DNA of 22,634 nt from Nitrospinaceae bacterium (lineage in GTDB: Bacteria; Nitrospinota; Nitrospinia; Nitrospinales; VA-1). Every line of letters starts with the position of its first letter. The stretch's first letter is position 1. The translations under genes and the position numbers were made by a program. The stretch spans positions 1-22,634 of the forward strand of contig JBHHVU010000051.1 of NCBI GenBank assembly GCA_046754465.1, in the 5' to 3' direction. The notes beneath the pieces were generated by a model that was not told the DNA's origin, ran no database searches, and saw only the letters and a list, made by a program, of their open reading frames with translations. Shown here piece after piece: positions 9,598-18,421 of this stretch.

Positions 9598-9694
9598 ATT
9601 TTACAACATTTTTCACACCGGTTCCCACCAGGGAAAACCTTCCGGGGGTACCGGGGTATGAGTTGCGGGCGCGGGGCGATCCCGGGGTATTATA
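9598..9694 (-). promoter_or_regulatory. Candidate -10 boxes for the tRNA-Leu/tig transcript
   Basis: TATAAT (9694-9689) followed by GC-rich ACCCCGG, and TAAAAT (9603-9598) 9 nt before the tRNA. No convincing -35 for either. Confidence 0.35.
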
Positions 9695-9707
9695 GTGGGT
9701 TTTCAAT

Positions 9708-10517
9708 TCATTTGTCCGAAATTCTGGGTTTTCGGTCCCTGGGCGCAAGAAACTTGCCCGGCGGGTAATATCCCTTGGGCACCGTGGTGTTTGGATAAAT
9801 CCAGTTGGTTTTCCCCACCAGGGTTCCGGGACAAAGCACCGCGTTGCAGCCAACCTCCACCGCGTCGCCCAGGACCGCCCCCAGTTTTTCCATGCCCGTC
9901 TGGACCATGCTTCCCTCGATGTTCAATTCGATGGGGCGGATGATGTTTCTCTCTTTTTCCTCGGGCGTGCGGAATTGGAAATTGGCCAGGCGCGAGCCCG
10001 CTCCCAGGTTGACATGGCTGCCGATTATGCTGTCCCCGATATAGTTGAAATGCCCCGACTCGGTGTGGTTCATGATCACGCTGTTTTTCACCTCGGTGGC
10101 GTGCCCGATCACGCAATGGTCACCCACTAGTACGTTTCCCCGGATGTAGGCGCCCTGGCGGATTTCGCAGTCCGCCCCGATGATGGCGGGTCCTTTGATG
10201 ATCGCGGAAGGCTCGAGCAGAGTGCCCGGTCCAATGAGCACCTCCGGTCCCGCGAGATAAACCGCCCGCGTCGTTTCGATCCATCTCTCCACGAAAATGC
10301 CTCGCCCCGCCTTGGTCCCGCACCATGAGGGTGAGTCTGTTTGGGCCATTCCGTCCAAAACCTCGGCGCGCTCCGCCGCCCCGGCTTTCTCGCGGATCAG
10401 GGTTCCGATCGTTTCCCCGAGCCGTTTGAGCGGATCCCACACCCATTCGATATCGTCGAATATCCCGCGGTGGTTGAATTCCTTCAAATGGGGGAAAAAA
10501 GTATCGAGTGGAATCAT
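9708..10517 (-). CDS. Stand-alone left-handed beta-helix acetyltransferase (GlmU C-terminal / glucosamine-1-P N-acetyltransferase-like)
   Basis: Hexapeptide repeats, HATEVKNS, HFNYIGDSIIGSHVNLGAG...AN, KLGAVLGD. No nucleotidyltransferase domain. ATGA overlap with the upstream mutase. Confidence 0.85.
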   Translation of the reverse strand: MIPLDTFFPHLKEFNHRGIFDDIEWVWDPLKRLGETIGTLIREKAGAAERAEVLDGMAQTDSPSWCGTKAGRGIFVERWIETTRAVYLAGPEVLIGPGTLLEPSAIIKGPAIIGADCEIRQGAYIRGNVLVGDHCVIGHATEVKNSVIMNHTESGHFNYIGDSIIGSHVNLGAGSRLANFQFRTPEEKERNIIRPIELNIEGSMVQTGMEKLGAVLGDAVEVGCNAVLCPGTLVGKTNWIYPNTTVPKGYYPPGKFLAPRDRKPRISDK

Positions 10518-12709
10518 GGAGATCGCTTTCGTGAGGGCCGCCGGGGTCTTTTTGCCAGGCCGCCGCTGTTCGCGTCCAGGTCACTGGTGATATACCATTT
10601 TCCCCTTGGCGTCAGCCCATGGCCTCCCGGCGTGAGCCGAATCAGGTTCTGCTTGCCCATTTCCGTCAACAGGCGGGTTCGGGAGCGCGCGTCCAGGGCC
10701 AGTTGATCCTCCGGAACCGGATGGCCGGCCACCTGGCTTAAAACATCCAGTTCCAGCTTATAATAATGGTTTTCGGGGTCCTTCAAGGCCGAAAGCAAAA
10801 TGCGGATGGCCATTTCACCGATCCGTTTCAAGCTTCGGGAATCTTTTCGGCCGCCACGGAGGTTGACGCTGATTTTGTTTTCGGTCCCGGAGTTGCGGAC
10901 GAACACAGCGGCCGTGGAGCCCCCGGCGGTCCCGGAATTCAACGATAAATACAACATATCCCGGTCCTCGGGGAAATTCACAGTTTTTCCCAGGTAACCC
11001 ATCCGCTTTCCTTCTTCGAGGATGGTTCCCTTCACCCGCTTCCACACGGCAGAATTTCTGCGGAACAGCTCTTTGCGGATGTAATACACGTATAGCGTCT
11101 CCTTGAATCCGGGCGGAAACGGGTTGTGGATTCCGGAGTAATAGGTCCGGACAGACTTGTTGCGAAACAGGAATTGCGTGGCGGCGAAGGTGTTGAGGGC
11201 GCTTTTCAATCCGTTCCCGAAAAACACCGGTTCCCGGCGGCCGCCGGGGCAGTCCAGCCACCCCAGGGTGATATTGTGCCCGGTTTCCTCGCTGCCCACG
11301 GCAAAGAGAAGGCGGGGCAGATTCTTGGACCCGGTCCGCCGGTGCGGACCTTTTTCATCCAAGGCATCCAGGGCCTCCTCGATTTCCTGAAACCGGGACA
11401 CGTTCAAGGTCCCGTTTTTGCGGATCGGCCCCAGTTTTTTATTGAGGGAATTCCACTTCCCCGCTGGAACCCTTTTTTTCATGGCCTGTAACCGCGCCCC
11501 GGCGATCATCGCCGCGACGCGGAGAAGAATCCATTTATCCCCCACCGCGGTGAGAAGCGGATTCAATCCCATTGCTTTCGCGGCCACCGCCGCGTTGAGA
11601 TCGCTTTCCACGGTATTGATGTACAGGGACCGCCGGTACCGTTCCGGGTCGCGCGCGATCAGGTACCGGGCCTGCAGAAACGCCGTCTCGTCGCCGCTGA
11701 GAACCAGCAGGGCGTCCCGGATGGGGTCGTAATCCAAGCGGTAGAACCGGTCGCCATCCGCGTCGAATACCGCCCCGCAGACGCGGCGGCGGCCCTCCCG
11801 GATTTGAGTTTTATATTTCCGGCCAAGCGCGAAGAGTTTGAGGATGGCTTTGTGCCGGTGAAAATGTCCCGAACCCTTGGCGGTCATTTCCGGGGTGATT
11901 AACGCGTGACCTTCCAGGTCGGCCACGCCGCTCCAAAGGTTGACGTCTCCGTTGAGCCGGGCGTTTACCTCGACGACCTGTCCGAATCCTGCCAGGCGAA
12001 AGGCCTCCGCAGCGATTCCCGAAAGCGCCCCGTTGGCCGGATCGACCACCAGCGTGATCTCCTTGAACGAAATGGGATGTCCGGGCCGGGGCTCGGACCA
12101 CGTATTGTCCGGATGCAGGGAAAACTTGCGGAACAATTCCAACCCCTCCCGGCGGCAGTCGACCCGTTTTCCTTTCAGCGGGAGCTTTTTCACCCTTTTA
12201 TAATCCAGGGCGAGGACCGTCCGGGTCAGTTCGATATCGTTGTCCGGCAACAGCTTCATGCCCCGGAAGGCGCAAAAGGTTTTGATGCCATTCTGGTCCT
12301 TGGGATTGTGCGACGCAGTGACCATGGTTCCGCCCCCGGCGCTTTTATACATCATGTAAATCGGTACCAGCGGTGTGGGCACGACGCCCAGGACCAGGGC
12401 GGCGGCGTTGGCTTTGCGTACCCCACGGACGACGGCGCCGGTGAAGGTGCCCGCAATATCCCGAGGGTCCCATCCCACCACGAATCCCTCTCCCGCACGC
12501 ATCCTTTTCGTCTTCATCAGGTCCGACACATGGGCGTAGGCATACAACTCCATGAACGCTTCGCTGATGATTCCCCGCTCGAGAAAAACCTGTTGCGGAG
12601 TAAGGCCGCGGAATTCGGGAGAGGAAGCCGGTTTCACCTCGCGCCGGATACCGTCGGTCCCCTGCAGGCGAAAATCGGCTCGTCCTTGTGGTTTGCCTTG
12701 TTGCGTCAT
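10514..12709 (-). CDS. Alpha-D-phosphohexomutase family protein (GlmM/PMM-like), enlarged
   Basis: GTDGIR, phospho-Ser loop TASHNP..QNGIK, metal loop FDADGDR, VGD, SEETGH, VRNSGTE. Start ATG 12709 is probable, 12766 possible. Confidence 0.9.
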   Translation of the reverse strand: MTQQGKPQGRADFRLQGTDGIRREVKPASSPEFRGLTPQQVFLERGIISEAFMELYAYAHVSDLMKTKRMRAGEGFVVGWDPRDIAGTFTGAVVRGVRKANAAALVLGVVPTPLVPIYMMYKSAGGGTMVTASHNPKDQNGIKTFCAFRGMKLLPDNDIELTRTVLALDYKRVKKLPLKGKRVDCRREGLELFRKFSLHPDNTWSEPRPGHPISFKEITLVVDPANGALSGIAAEAFRLAGFGQVVEVNARLNGDVNLWSGVADLEGHALITPEMTAKGSGHFHRHKAILKLFALGRKYKTQIREGRRRVCGAVFDADGDRFYRLDYDPIRDALLVLSGDETAFLQARYLIARDPERYRRSLYINTVESDLNAAVAAKAMGLNPLLTAVGDKWILLRVAAMIAGARLQAMKKRVPAGKWNSLNKKLGPIRKNGTLNVSRFQEIEEALDALDEKGPHRRTGSKNLPRLLFAVGSEETGHNITLGWLDCPGGRREPVFFGNGLKSALNTFAATQFLFRNKSVRTYYSGIHNPFPPGFKETLYVYYIRKELFRRNSAVWKRVKGTILEEGKRMGYLGKTVNFPEDRDMLYLSLNSGTAGGSTAAVFVRNSGTENKISVNLRGGRKDSRSLKRIGEMAIRILLSALKDPENHYYKLELDVLSQVAGHPVPEDQLALDARSRTRLLTEMGKQNLIRLTPGGHGLTPRGKWYITSDLDANSGGLAKRPRRPSRKRSP

Positions 12710-12840
12710 GGGTGGTGAATCGGATTTCAGGAAAAGAACGGATCCATGATAAAAGGAAAAAACCACGAGTTACCCCCCAGGACGGCGGGCTCCCACGCGG
12801 AGGGAAATCGTAACACACCCCCTCACATTTGACAATCAAC

Positions 12841-13034
12841 CCCACCCCGTGGGAAGGAGATGGGTCCATCTAAACCGCCCGTCGACCTCGGCCTGGCATA
12901 TAACGCATGTCAAATTGCCCGTGGCGGCTCGCCACCCGGGCCACGCCCGGAGGGGGATGGGTCATAGCATCATCGCCAGCCCACCTTGGTCCGCCATATA
13001 TAGATTGTCCCATCTACCTCCGGCGGTTCGCCGG
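12841..13034. repeat. Two tandem copies of the intergenic repeat (one degenerate, one conserved; period 97 nt)
   Basis: Core 12953-12999 is 44/47 identical to 64-110. Degenerate core at 12856-12901. Hairpins CCCAC-ccc-GTGGG, GTGGCG-gct-CGCCAC, CCGGG-ccacg-CCCGG, CCGGCG-gtt-CGCCGG. Confidence 0.88.
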
Positions 13035-13046
13035 CGGCTCGCACGG

Positions 13047-16000
13047 TCAGGGTATGGGTTCATCGGCGGGGAGTTGGAGAAAGGATCCCGGTGTTTGCAG
13101 GATGCCCTGGAAAATGCCCATCACCTTTTTGCCCAGGGAGGTGAAGGGGATGGGGGAGACCTTGGGATCGTCGAATTTTCCTTTCACGGTGTAATAGGTC
13201 TTGACCAGACTTTCCTCGTCCCCGCCGGTGATGATTTTGCCCACGACGGGAATTTTAGTCAGGAATTTATCGAGAGCGGCCATGGGGGCGACCCCCAACA
13301 CGGTATCCATTTCGTACCGATTCAGGTCAAACTTTCCCACCAGGGACATGCGGCGGGACTGGCTTTCATAGACGAAATTCTCCGTTTCCGCGATCCCCTT
13401 GGCAAAAGTGAAATTTCCGGCGATTTGTTTGTATAGGGAGGGGGGGGGATTCGCCTTCCCGGCCGGAGGGGTGCCTCCGGCGGGAACGTGGAACAGCTTG
13501 AGCACCCCACGCTTGAGTTTGGGGCGGTCGATCAGACCCGACTGGAAATCGAAGGCGGCCTTGGCGACCATGGATTTACCGAATTCCGACCATTTTTCTC
13601 CTGTTCCCTTGAAGCGGATGTCCAGTGTCTTCAGTTTCCCTGTCAAACCGTTTCGGAAAGTCTCACCAAACATTCCGAGAAAATCCTCGGCCCGAACGTC
13701 CTTGGCCTGAAGGAGGCCTCTAAACTGCGGGGTCCCGGATTTGGTCATATTAAAGATCCCGCGTCCGCGAATTTTGTTCTTTTCTCCAAAATTCAATTGA
13801 TTGATTTTCAGTTTTTTCTTCTCGATCAAGATGTTACCCGAAACGGCTTTCAGGGTGATCATCCGGTAATTTATTTTTTTTAGGTCCAGCCGGATCTTCA
13901 CGGATCCTTTTGAAAACAGGTCCGATCGGTTCAATAATTTCCCGATATCGGGTTGCCCCTTGGCGGAGGCGGGTATCAATTCATCCAGGATCAGGGCCTC
14001 CCCGGTGAGGGTGATATCCATTTTGGGTCGGGCTCCCGTTTGGTAGACGCCGTTGAACCGGGCCCGCGAACGGCTGGATTCCAGCCTGCCGTCTTGAAGG
14101 CGGAACGTTTTTTCCGAAAAATTGACCTTGGCATTCACGGTCATGCTGCTGGGGATGTCTTTCGACGCGAACACGAGATCTTTAAAAGTGAACGATCCTG
14201 AAAATTGCGCGTCTTTCAGCCGGTTGAGGTTGCCTCTACCCTGGATCCGGAACTGTGACGTGCCCTTTTTGTTGTTTTTTAGGAGATCGAAGAAGGGCGC
14301 CAGCCGGGGGGTCGAAAAATCCCTGGAATAAAGAGTCACCGCGAACCGGGGAGTTTCAAAACTTTCCAGCCTGGCTTTTCCGGTGATTTTGTTTTGTCCC
14401 AGTTCATACACAAGATTTTTGAGGATGACCCCATCCTTGGGAGAGTAATGGCCGTTAATTTTGACCTGGTTGAAGTAATTTTTGTCTTTGAGGAAGATAT
14501 CGCCGTATTGGTAGGAGGCGCGGGTCATATCGGCGGCGTAGTCGAATTTCAAGTCGTCGAGGGTTCCCTCCAGTTTCAAGCGGGCTTCCACCGCTCCGGT
14601 ATAATTCAGGTCCTGGAAAAACGGGATGCCTGCCAGGTCCGACCGTTGAAAATTGGGGAATTTCAACAACAGGGCCAATTGCGGACCTCTTTTGGTGTAG
14701 GGGATGACATCGCCTTCCAGTTGAATGGGAGACTTGCCGTACCAGCCCTTGACGTCAATAAACCGTAAGGTGCCCCGCCCAAAAGCGATGGTCCCGGACA
14801 GGTTGGTCATGGGGAAGAATCGGTCTTGGTACTTCAAGGAAAAATCCTTGAGCCGGATTTCTCCCCATTCCCGGATGGTATCCGGCCGAAGGGGATTTCC
14901 CCTGGAATGGTAGGCCACCTGAATCCCGCCTTCGAGGTAGGTCATGTGATGGCGTAGCGCATCCAAGGGCTGTTCCAGGGACATTTTACCCACAATTTCC
15001 GGCAATTCCCTGGCATGAAGATTATATACCCCGGAAATATTCTTTATGGGAGTTCCCTTTTCGGAGATCACTTCTCCTTTCAAGTCGGAAAAAGAGCTTT
15101 TCCCGAAATTTCCCGAGAATTCTTCGAACTTGATGATGGGTATCTGCTTTTGCTGATCTTCGGGAAGCTGGTTGTAATGAATCGTTCCATACAGATGGTC
15201 GATCCGGGGCTCGAGTCCCAGTTGATATAAAGAAACATTTTTCATGATCAGGGTTGCCATCAGGGAATATCGGTCCGGATCGTTGAGGGGTCCTTTCAAC
15301 TGGAGACGCAGGTACCCCTTCCCCTTCAAGTCCCGGTAAATGCTGACAAATTCCTTGTAGGAGTGATCGTCGAGAATCTTCAACAGGGTTTTATGGAAAA
15401 CCCCAATGTCCACCGGATTTTCCAGCGACAGGTCGGCGATGGGCTCAAGGAGCAGGTTATGGACGGTGCCTTTCAAATTGGAAATGGGGGTGCCTTCATA
15501 ACTGGCTTTTCGCACATCCACAATGCTGTCGCCGCCTTTCAGCGCAAAGCTGCCGGTGACATTTTTCAGCGGGGGCAGGGGGTCCAGCCAATCCACCCTC
15601 TTCAAATGCAGCTGGCCCGAAAAAAGTTTGTGGTTCTCCGGAGCGGCGAGGTTTTTAAACTGGTCCAGGGTTCCCGCGAATTTGAGGGACTCGATCTGAA
15701 ACGTTCCGTTTTTGAAGCGTTGGTGCACCAGGCGGTGATATTCCTTGGGAAAAATCCGCAAAGGAAGATAACTCCTACTTTTGTTGACCTGGAATGCGTC
15801 GGTTTGTATATCGAAGGAAAGGAAAGGGTTCTTGGACCGGAAGCGCGATATTTTTCCCAGTGCCCGGAAACCAAAGGGTCCCGATTCCATCTTCACCTCC
15901 TTGAATTCAATCTCCTCTTTTTGGTTGAGGGAGATTTTATATTCCAAAGTATTCCGGATAGGAATCGCCGGATCGCGGAAGGCCGGCTCCGCGGTATCCT

Positions 16001-16871
16001 GTTGGAAAACGTAGACCAGGTTGCCGGAGGATTTCAGTTTTCCCGCCAGGCTGCCTGAAAAACGGCTCTCCAGGGAAATCCGGTCGTCCCGGGATGACAG
16101 GGGGATCCACTTCTTAAGATAAGGTTTAAGTGTTGCCATGCGGAGGTTTTTAATCCTGGCCTTTCCATTGATAGTAAATTGGGAGGGGTCCAGGATTTTC
16201 GAGGGGTCGCCGAAGGTGCCGGAAAGGGTGAAAACCGTTGCGGGGGCCTGGGTGATCATTTCACCCGTTAATTTGTATTTGAAGGAAGTTTTCAGGAATT
16301 TTTTGCGAATCGAAAAATGGAGGTTCCGGATCACCATGGAAAAGGGGGTCCCTCCGGAAGGGACCCGATAATCAAAAAAGTGGATTTCCCCTTTCTGTAA
16401 TTCCAGTTGGTTGATGAGGCTCCCTTTCAGGAGGGTGAACAACCCTTCTTCTCCCTTGTTTCCGGCGACCCACTGCTGCACCGGTCCGAGATTGAAGCGG
16501 CCTTTTTTATCCCGAATGACCTGAACGGAAACCCCCTGGATAATGATCTTTCGAAAATCGATCTTCTGGTAAAACAAGGGCAGGAGTTTGATGACCATCC
16601 ACAGGCTTTTGGCGCTGAACTTGGGCCGGCCCGCGTGAGCGCCGCCAATTTTCACATCCTGGAGTTGGATGCTTATCCCCTTGGCAAAATCGAACTTGGC
16701 CGTTCCGATGGAAACTTTATGGCCCGTGAGATCTTCCAGCTTTTCCACCGCCATCTTTTTGATTTGGTTCAGGTCGCTCAACTGAACGTAGATGGCGCCG
16801 GCAATCGCGGCGGTTGCCAGAAACAGGACCAAAAGGATAGAGAAGGCAACCTTTTTGTTGGAAACGGCCAT
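13047..16871 (-). CDS. AsmA-like / YhdP-family envelope protein (putative lipid-transport bridge)
   Basis: Single N-terminal TM, AsmA_N-like start, long amphipathic beta-strand repeats, C-terminal AsmA_2-like end (KIPVVGKIITG...YYTVKGKFDDPKV). Confidence 0.88.
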   Translation of the reverse strand: MAVSNKKVAFSILLVLFLATAAIAGAIYVQLSDLNQIKKMAVEKLEDLTGHKVSIGTAKFDFAKGISIQLQDVKIGGAHAGRPKFSAKSLWMVIKLLPLFYQKIDFRKIIIQGVSVQVIRDKKGRFNLGPVQQWVAGNKGEEGLFTLLKGSLINQLELQKGEIHFFDYRVPSGGTPFSMVIRNLHFSIRKKFLKTSFKYKLTGEMITQAPATVFTLSGTFGDPSKILDPSQFTINGKARIKNLRMATLKPYLKKWIPLSSRDDRISLESRFSGSLAGKLKSSGNLVYVFQQDTAEPAFRDPAIPIRNTLEYKISLNQKEEIEFKEVKMESGPFGFRALGKISRFRSKNPFLSFDIQTDAFQVNKSRSYLPLRIFPKEYHRLVHQRFKNGTFQIESLKFAGTLDQFKNLAAPENHKLFSGQLHLKRVDWLDPLPPLKNVTGSFALKGGDSIVDVRKASYEGTPISNLKGTVHNLLLEPIADLSLENPVDIGVFHKTLLKILDDHSYKEFVSIYRDLKGKGYLRLQLKGPLNDPDRYSLMATLIMKNVSLYQLGLEPRIDHLYGTIHYNQLPEDQQKQIPIIKFEEFSGNFGKSSFSDLKGEVISEKGTPIKNISGVYNLHARELPEIVGKMSLEQPLDALRHHMTYLEGGIQVAYHSRGNPLRPDTIREWGEIRLKDFSLKYQDRFFPMTNLSGTIAFGRGTLRFIDVKGWYGKSPIQLEGDVIPYTKRGPQLALLLKFPNFQRSDLAGIPFFQDLNYTGAVEARLKLEGTLDDLKFDYAADMTRASYQYGDIFLKDKNYFNQVKINGHYSPKDGVILKNLVYELGQNKITGKARLESFETPRFAVTLYSRDFSTPRLAPFFDLLKNNKKGTSQFRIQGRGNLNRLKDAQFSGSFTFKDLVFASKDIPSSMTVNAKVNFSEKTFRLQDGRLESSRSRARFNGVYQTGARPKMDITLTGEALILDELIPASAKGQPDIGKLLNRSDLFSKGSVKIRLDLKKINYRMITLKAVSGNILIEKKKLKINQLNFGEKNKIRGRGIFNMTKSGTPQFRGLLQAKDVRAEDFLGMFGETFRNGLTGKLKTLDIRFKGTGEKWSEFGKSMVAKAAFDFQSGLIDRPKLKRGVLKLFHVPAGGTPPAGKANPPPSLYKQIAGNFTFAKGIAETENFVYESQSRRMSLVGKFDLNRYEMDTVLGVAPMAALDKFLTKIPVVGKIITGGDEESLVKTYYTVKGKFDDPKVSPIPFTSLGKKVMGIFQGILQTPGSFLQLPADEPIP

Positions 16872-17010
16872 TAAAAATCCCTGAGGGATAGTAATAAAGG
16901 TTAAAATAGCCTACGCGAAAATGATCTTCGGGCAGCGACCTGGGAGATAGTAAATCCGGGGAACGGGTTTTTTCATTTCACCGATTTCCGGATGGGCCAT
17001 GGGAAGGCTA

Positions 17011-17038
17011 ATTCTATATATATCATGATGTTACGCAA
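17011..17038 (-). promoter_or_regulatory. sigma70-like promoter for the AsmA-family gene
   Basis: TTGCGT-N16-TAGAAT on the minus strand in an AT-rich divergent intergenic region. Confidence 0.5.
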
Positions 17039-17077
17039 TATACAATCTCGGCGATCCGCCCCCGCCCGTAAGTGAAT

Positions 17078-17896
17078 ATGGAAGAAGAAAAACCTGCGTT
17101 TATTTATGGGATCAACCCGGTTCAAGAGGCGCTGAAAGCTTCAAGAAGGCGGTGCTTCAAGATCGTCATTCCGAAAGGCAAGGTCAACGCAAGGGTTCGT
17201 TCTATTTTAACATTTTCGCGATCCTGCGGGGTGAAAGTTGAAATCCTTCCAAGAGAGGTATTTCAGAAATTATATCAGCCTTATGTTCACCAAGGTATTA
17301 TAGGATATTTTGCTCCCAGGGAACCTATGGATTTGGAGGAATTGGTCCGGCAGGCGTTTCAGGGTACACGGACGCCAACCCTGGTGGTGCTGGACGGGAT
17401 TCAAGACCCTGGAAATCTGGGAGCCATTATTCGATCGGCGGAGGTGTTGGGAATCCAGGGAATCATTCTTCCCCGTTACCGGTCAGCCTCACTCAACGAA
17501 ACAGTGGCCAAATGTTCTTCTGGGGCCATTGAAACCCTTTCTTTCACTTGGGCCGCCAACCTGGCCCGGGCGCTGGACCGGTTGAAGAAAGCCGGGTTCT
17601 GGATCGTGGGTGTCGAGCCCGGGGGCCGAACGCCTTGTTATGGATTCGAATTCAACCTGCCGGTGGCCCTGGTGGTGGGGGGAGAGGAAAAAGGCATCCG
17701 CCCCCTGTTGCGGAAAAAATGTGATTTTTCTGTATCCATTCCCATCCAGGGAGCCTTGAGCTCCCTGAACGCATCCGCGGCCTGCGCGGTGGTTTTTTAT
17801 GAGATATTGAGGCAAAAAAAAACGGGGGCCGGGGCCGGATGCGGCAACGGAAGGGAACCCGTGATATCGGAAAAAAAACGGCCGGAAATCTCGTGA
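17078..17896 (+). CDS. rlmB: 23S rRNA (Gm2251) 2'-O-methyltransferase, SpoU family
   Basis: IYGINPVQEAL, HQGII, LDGIQDPGNLGAIIRSA, VGGEEKGIR, SLNASAA. Confidence 0.93.
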   Translation: MEEEKPAFIYGINPVQEALKASRRRCFKIVIPKGKVNARVRSILTFSRSCGVKVEILPREVFQKLYQPYVHQGIIGYFAPREPMDLEELVRQAFQGTRTPTLVVLDGIQDPGNLGAIIRSAEVLGIQGIILPRYRSASLNETVAKCSSGAIETLSFTWAANLARALDRLKKAGFWIVGVEPGGRTPCYGFEFNLPVALVVGGEEKGIRPLLRKKCDFSVSIPIQGALSSLNASAACAVVFYEILRQKKTGAGAGCGNGREPVISEKKRPEIS

Positions 17897-17908
17897 TTTC
17901 CGGCCGTT
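17871..17908 (-). terminator. Intrinsic terminator of rpsU (overlaps the rlmB stop)
   Basis: Perfect 14-bp inverted repeat AACGGCCGGAAATC-tcgt-GATTTCCGGCCGTT, with A8 at 17871-78 giving a U-tract on the minus strand. Confidence 0.88.
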
Positions 17909-17932
17909 GAGCTGCCTGGATATAAAATAGGA

Positions 17933-18133
17933 TCACATGGAAAAAGAGCGTCTTCTTCTCAAGGCCGCTTTTCTTTTTTTCTTGGCCTCTTTCTGTTTGC
18001 GCTTTTTCTTCACGGAAGGTTTTTCATAAAACCTTCTTCGCTTCAGTTCTTTTAATAACCCTTCCTTGGTCATTTGCCGCTTTAATACTTTTAAGGCCTT
18101 TTCAACCTGATTCTGGTAGACTGTTACTTCCAA
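17933..18133 (-). CDS. rpsU: 30S ribosomal protein S21
   Basis: EKALKVLKR...KRRRFYEKPSVKKKRK. TTG start with strong SD GAGGGGGTG. Confidence 0.97.
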   Translation of the reverse strand: MEVTVYQNQVEKALKVLKRQMTKEGLLKELKRRRFYEKPSVKKKRKQKEAKKKRKAALRRRRSFSM

Positions 18134-18308
18134 ATAAAATCACACCCCCTCGCAAATAAATTTTTGTCCGCTAACTTCAATAACTTTTAAGATCGAATTT
18201 CCTGTTTTCTATTCGATTTTTTTTCGTCTCCCATCGGATGAACGGGTTCTCCCGCCCCATTCCGGTTCCAAGGCAACCCCCCCTATTTCCCGGAATGGTA
18301 AACCTAGT

Positions 18309-18337
18309 ATTATGGGAGTTATTCGCCACATTGTCAA
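18309..18337 (-). promoter_or_regulatory. sigma70 promoter for rpsU
   Basis: TTGACA-N17-CATAAT on the minus strand. Confidence 0.75.
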
Positions 18338-18421
18338 TCCTTAAATATTCCCAAAGGAATACCCTTTTTGGGCGGTTGTCATCAATGAAATTTAGGCGCA
18401 TATTATAAATTGAAGACTCCC

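Noticed and set aside
9642..9690. Three short CCGGGG(G)TA direct repeats upstream of the tRNA
   Set aside because: Too short and irregularly spaced in GC-rich DNA. There is also no duplicated tRNA 3' end or integrase indicating an att site.
12849..13436. 195-aa plus-strand ORF
   Set aside because: It is made of repeat DNA plus the antisense of the AsmA gene end, with no protein-like features.
18177..18401. 74-aa minus-strand ORF upstream of rpsU
   Set aside because: It spans the rpsU promoter and leader, with no SD or recognisable protein features.
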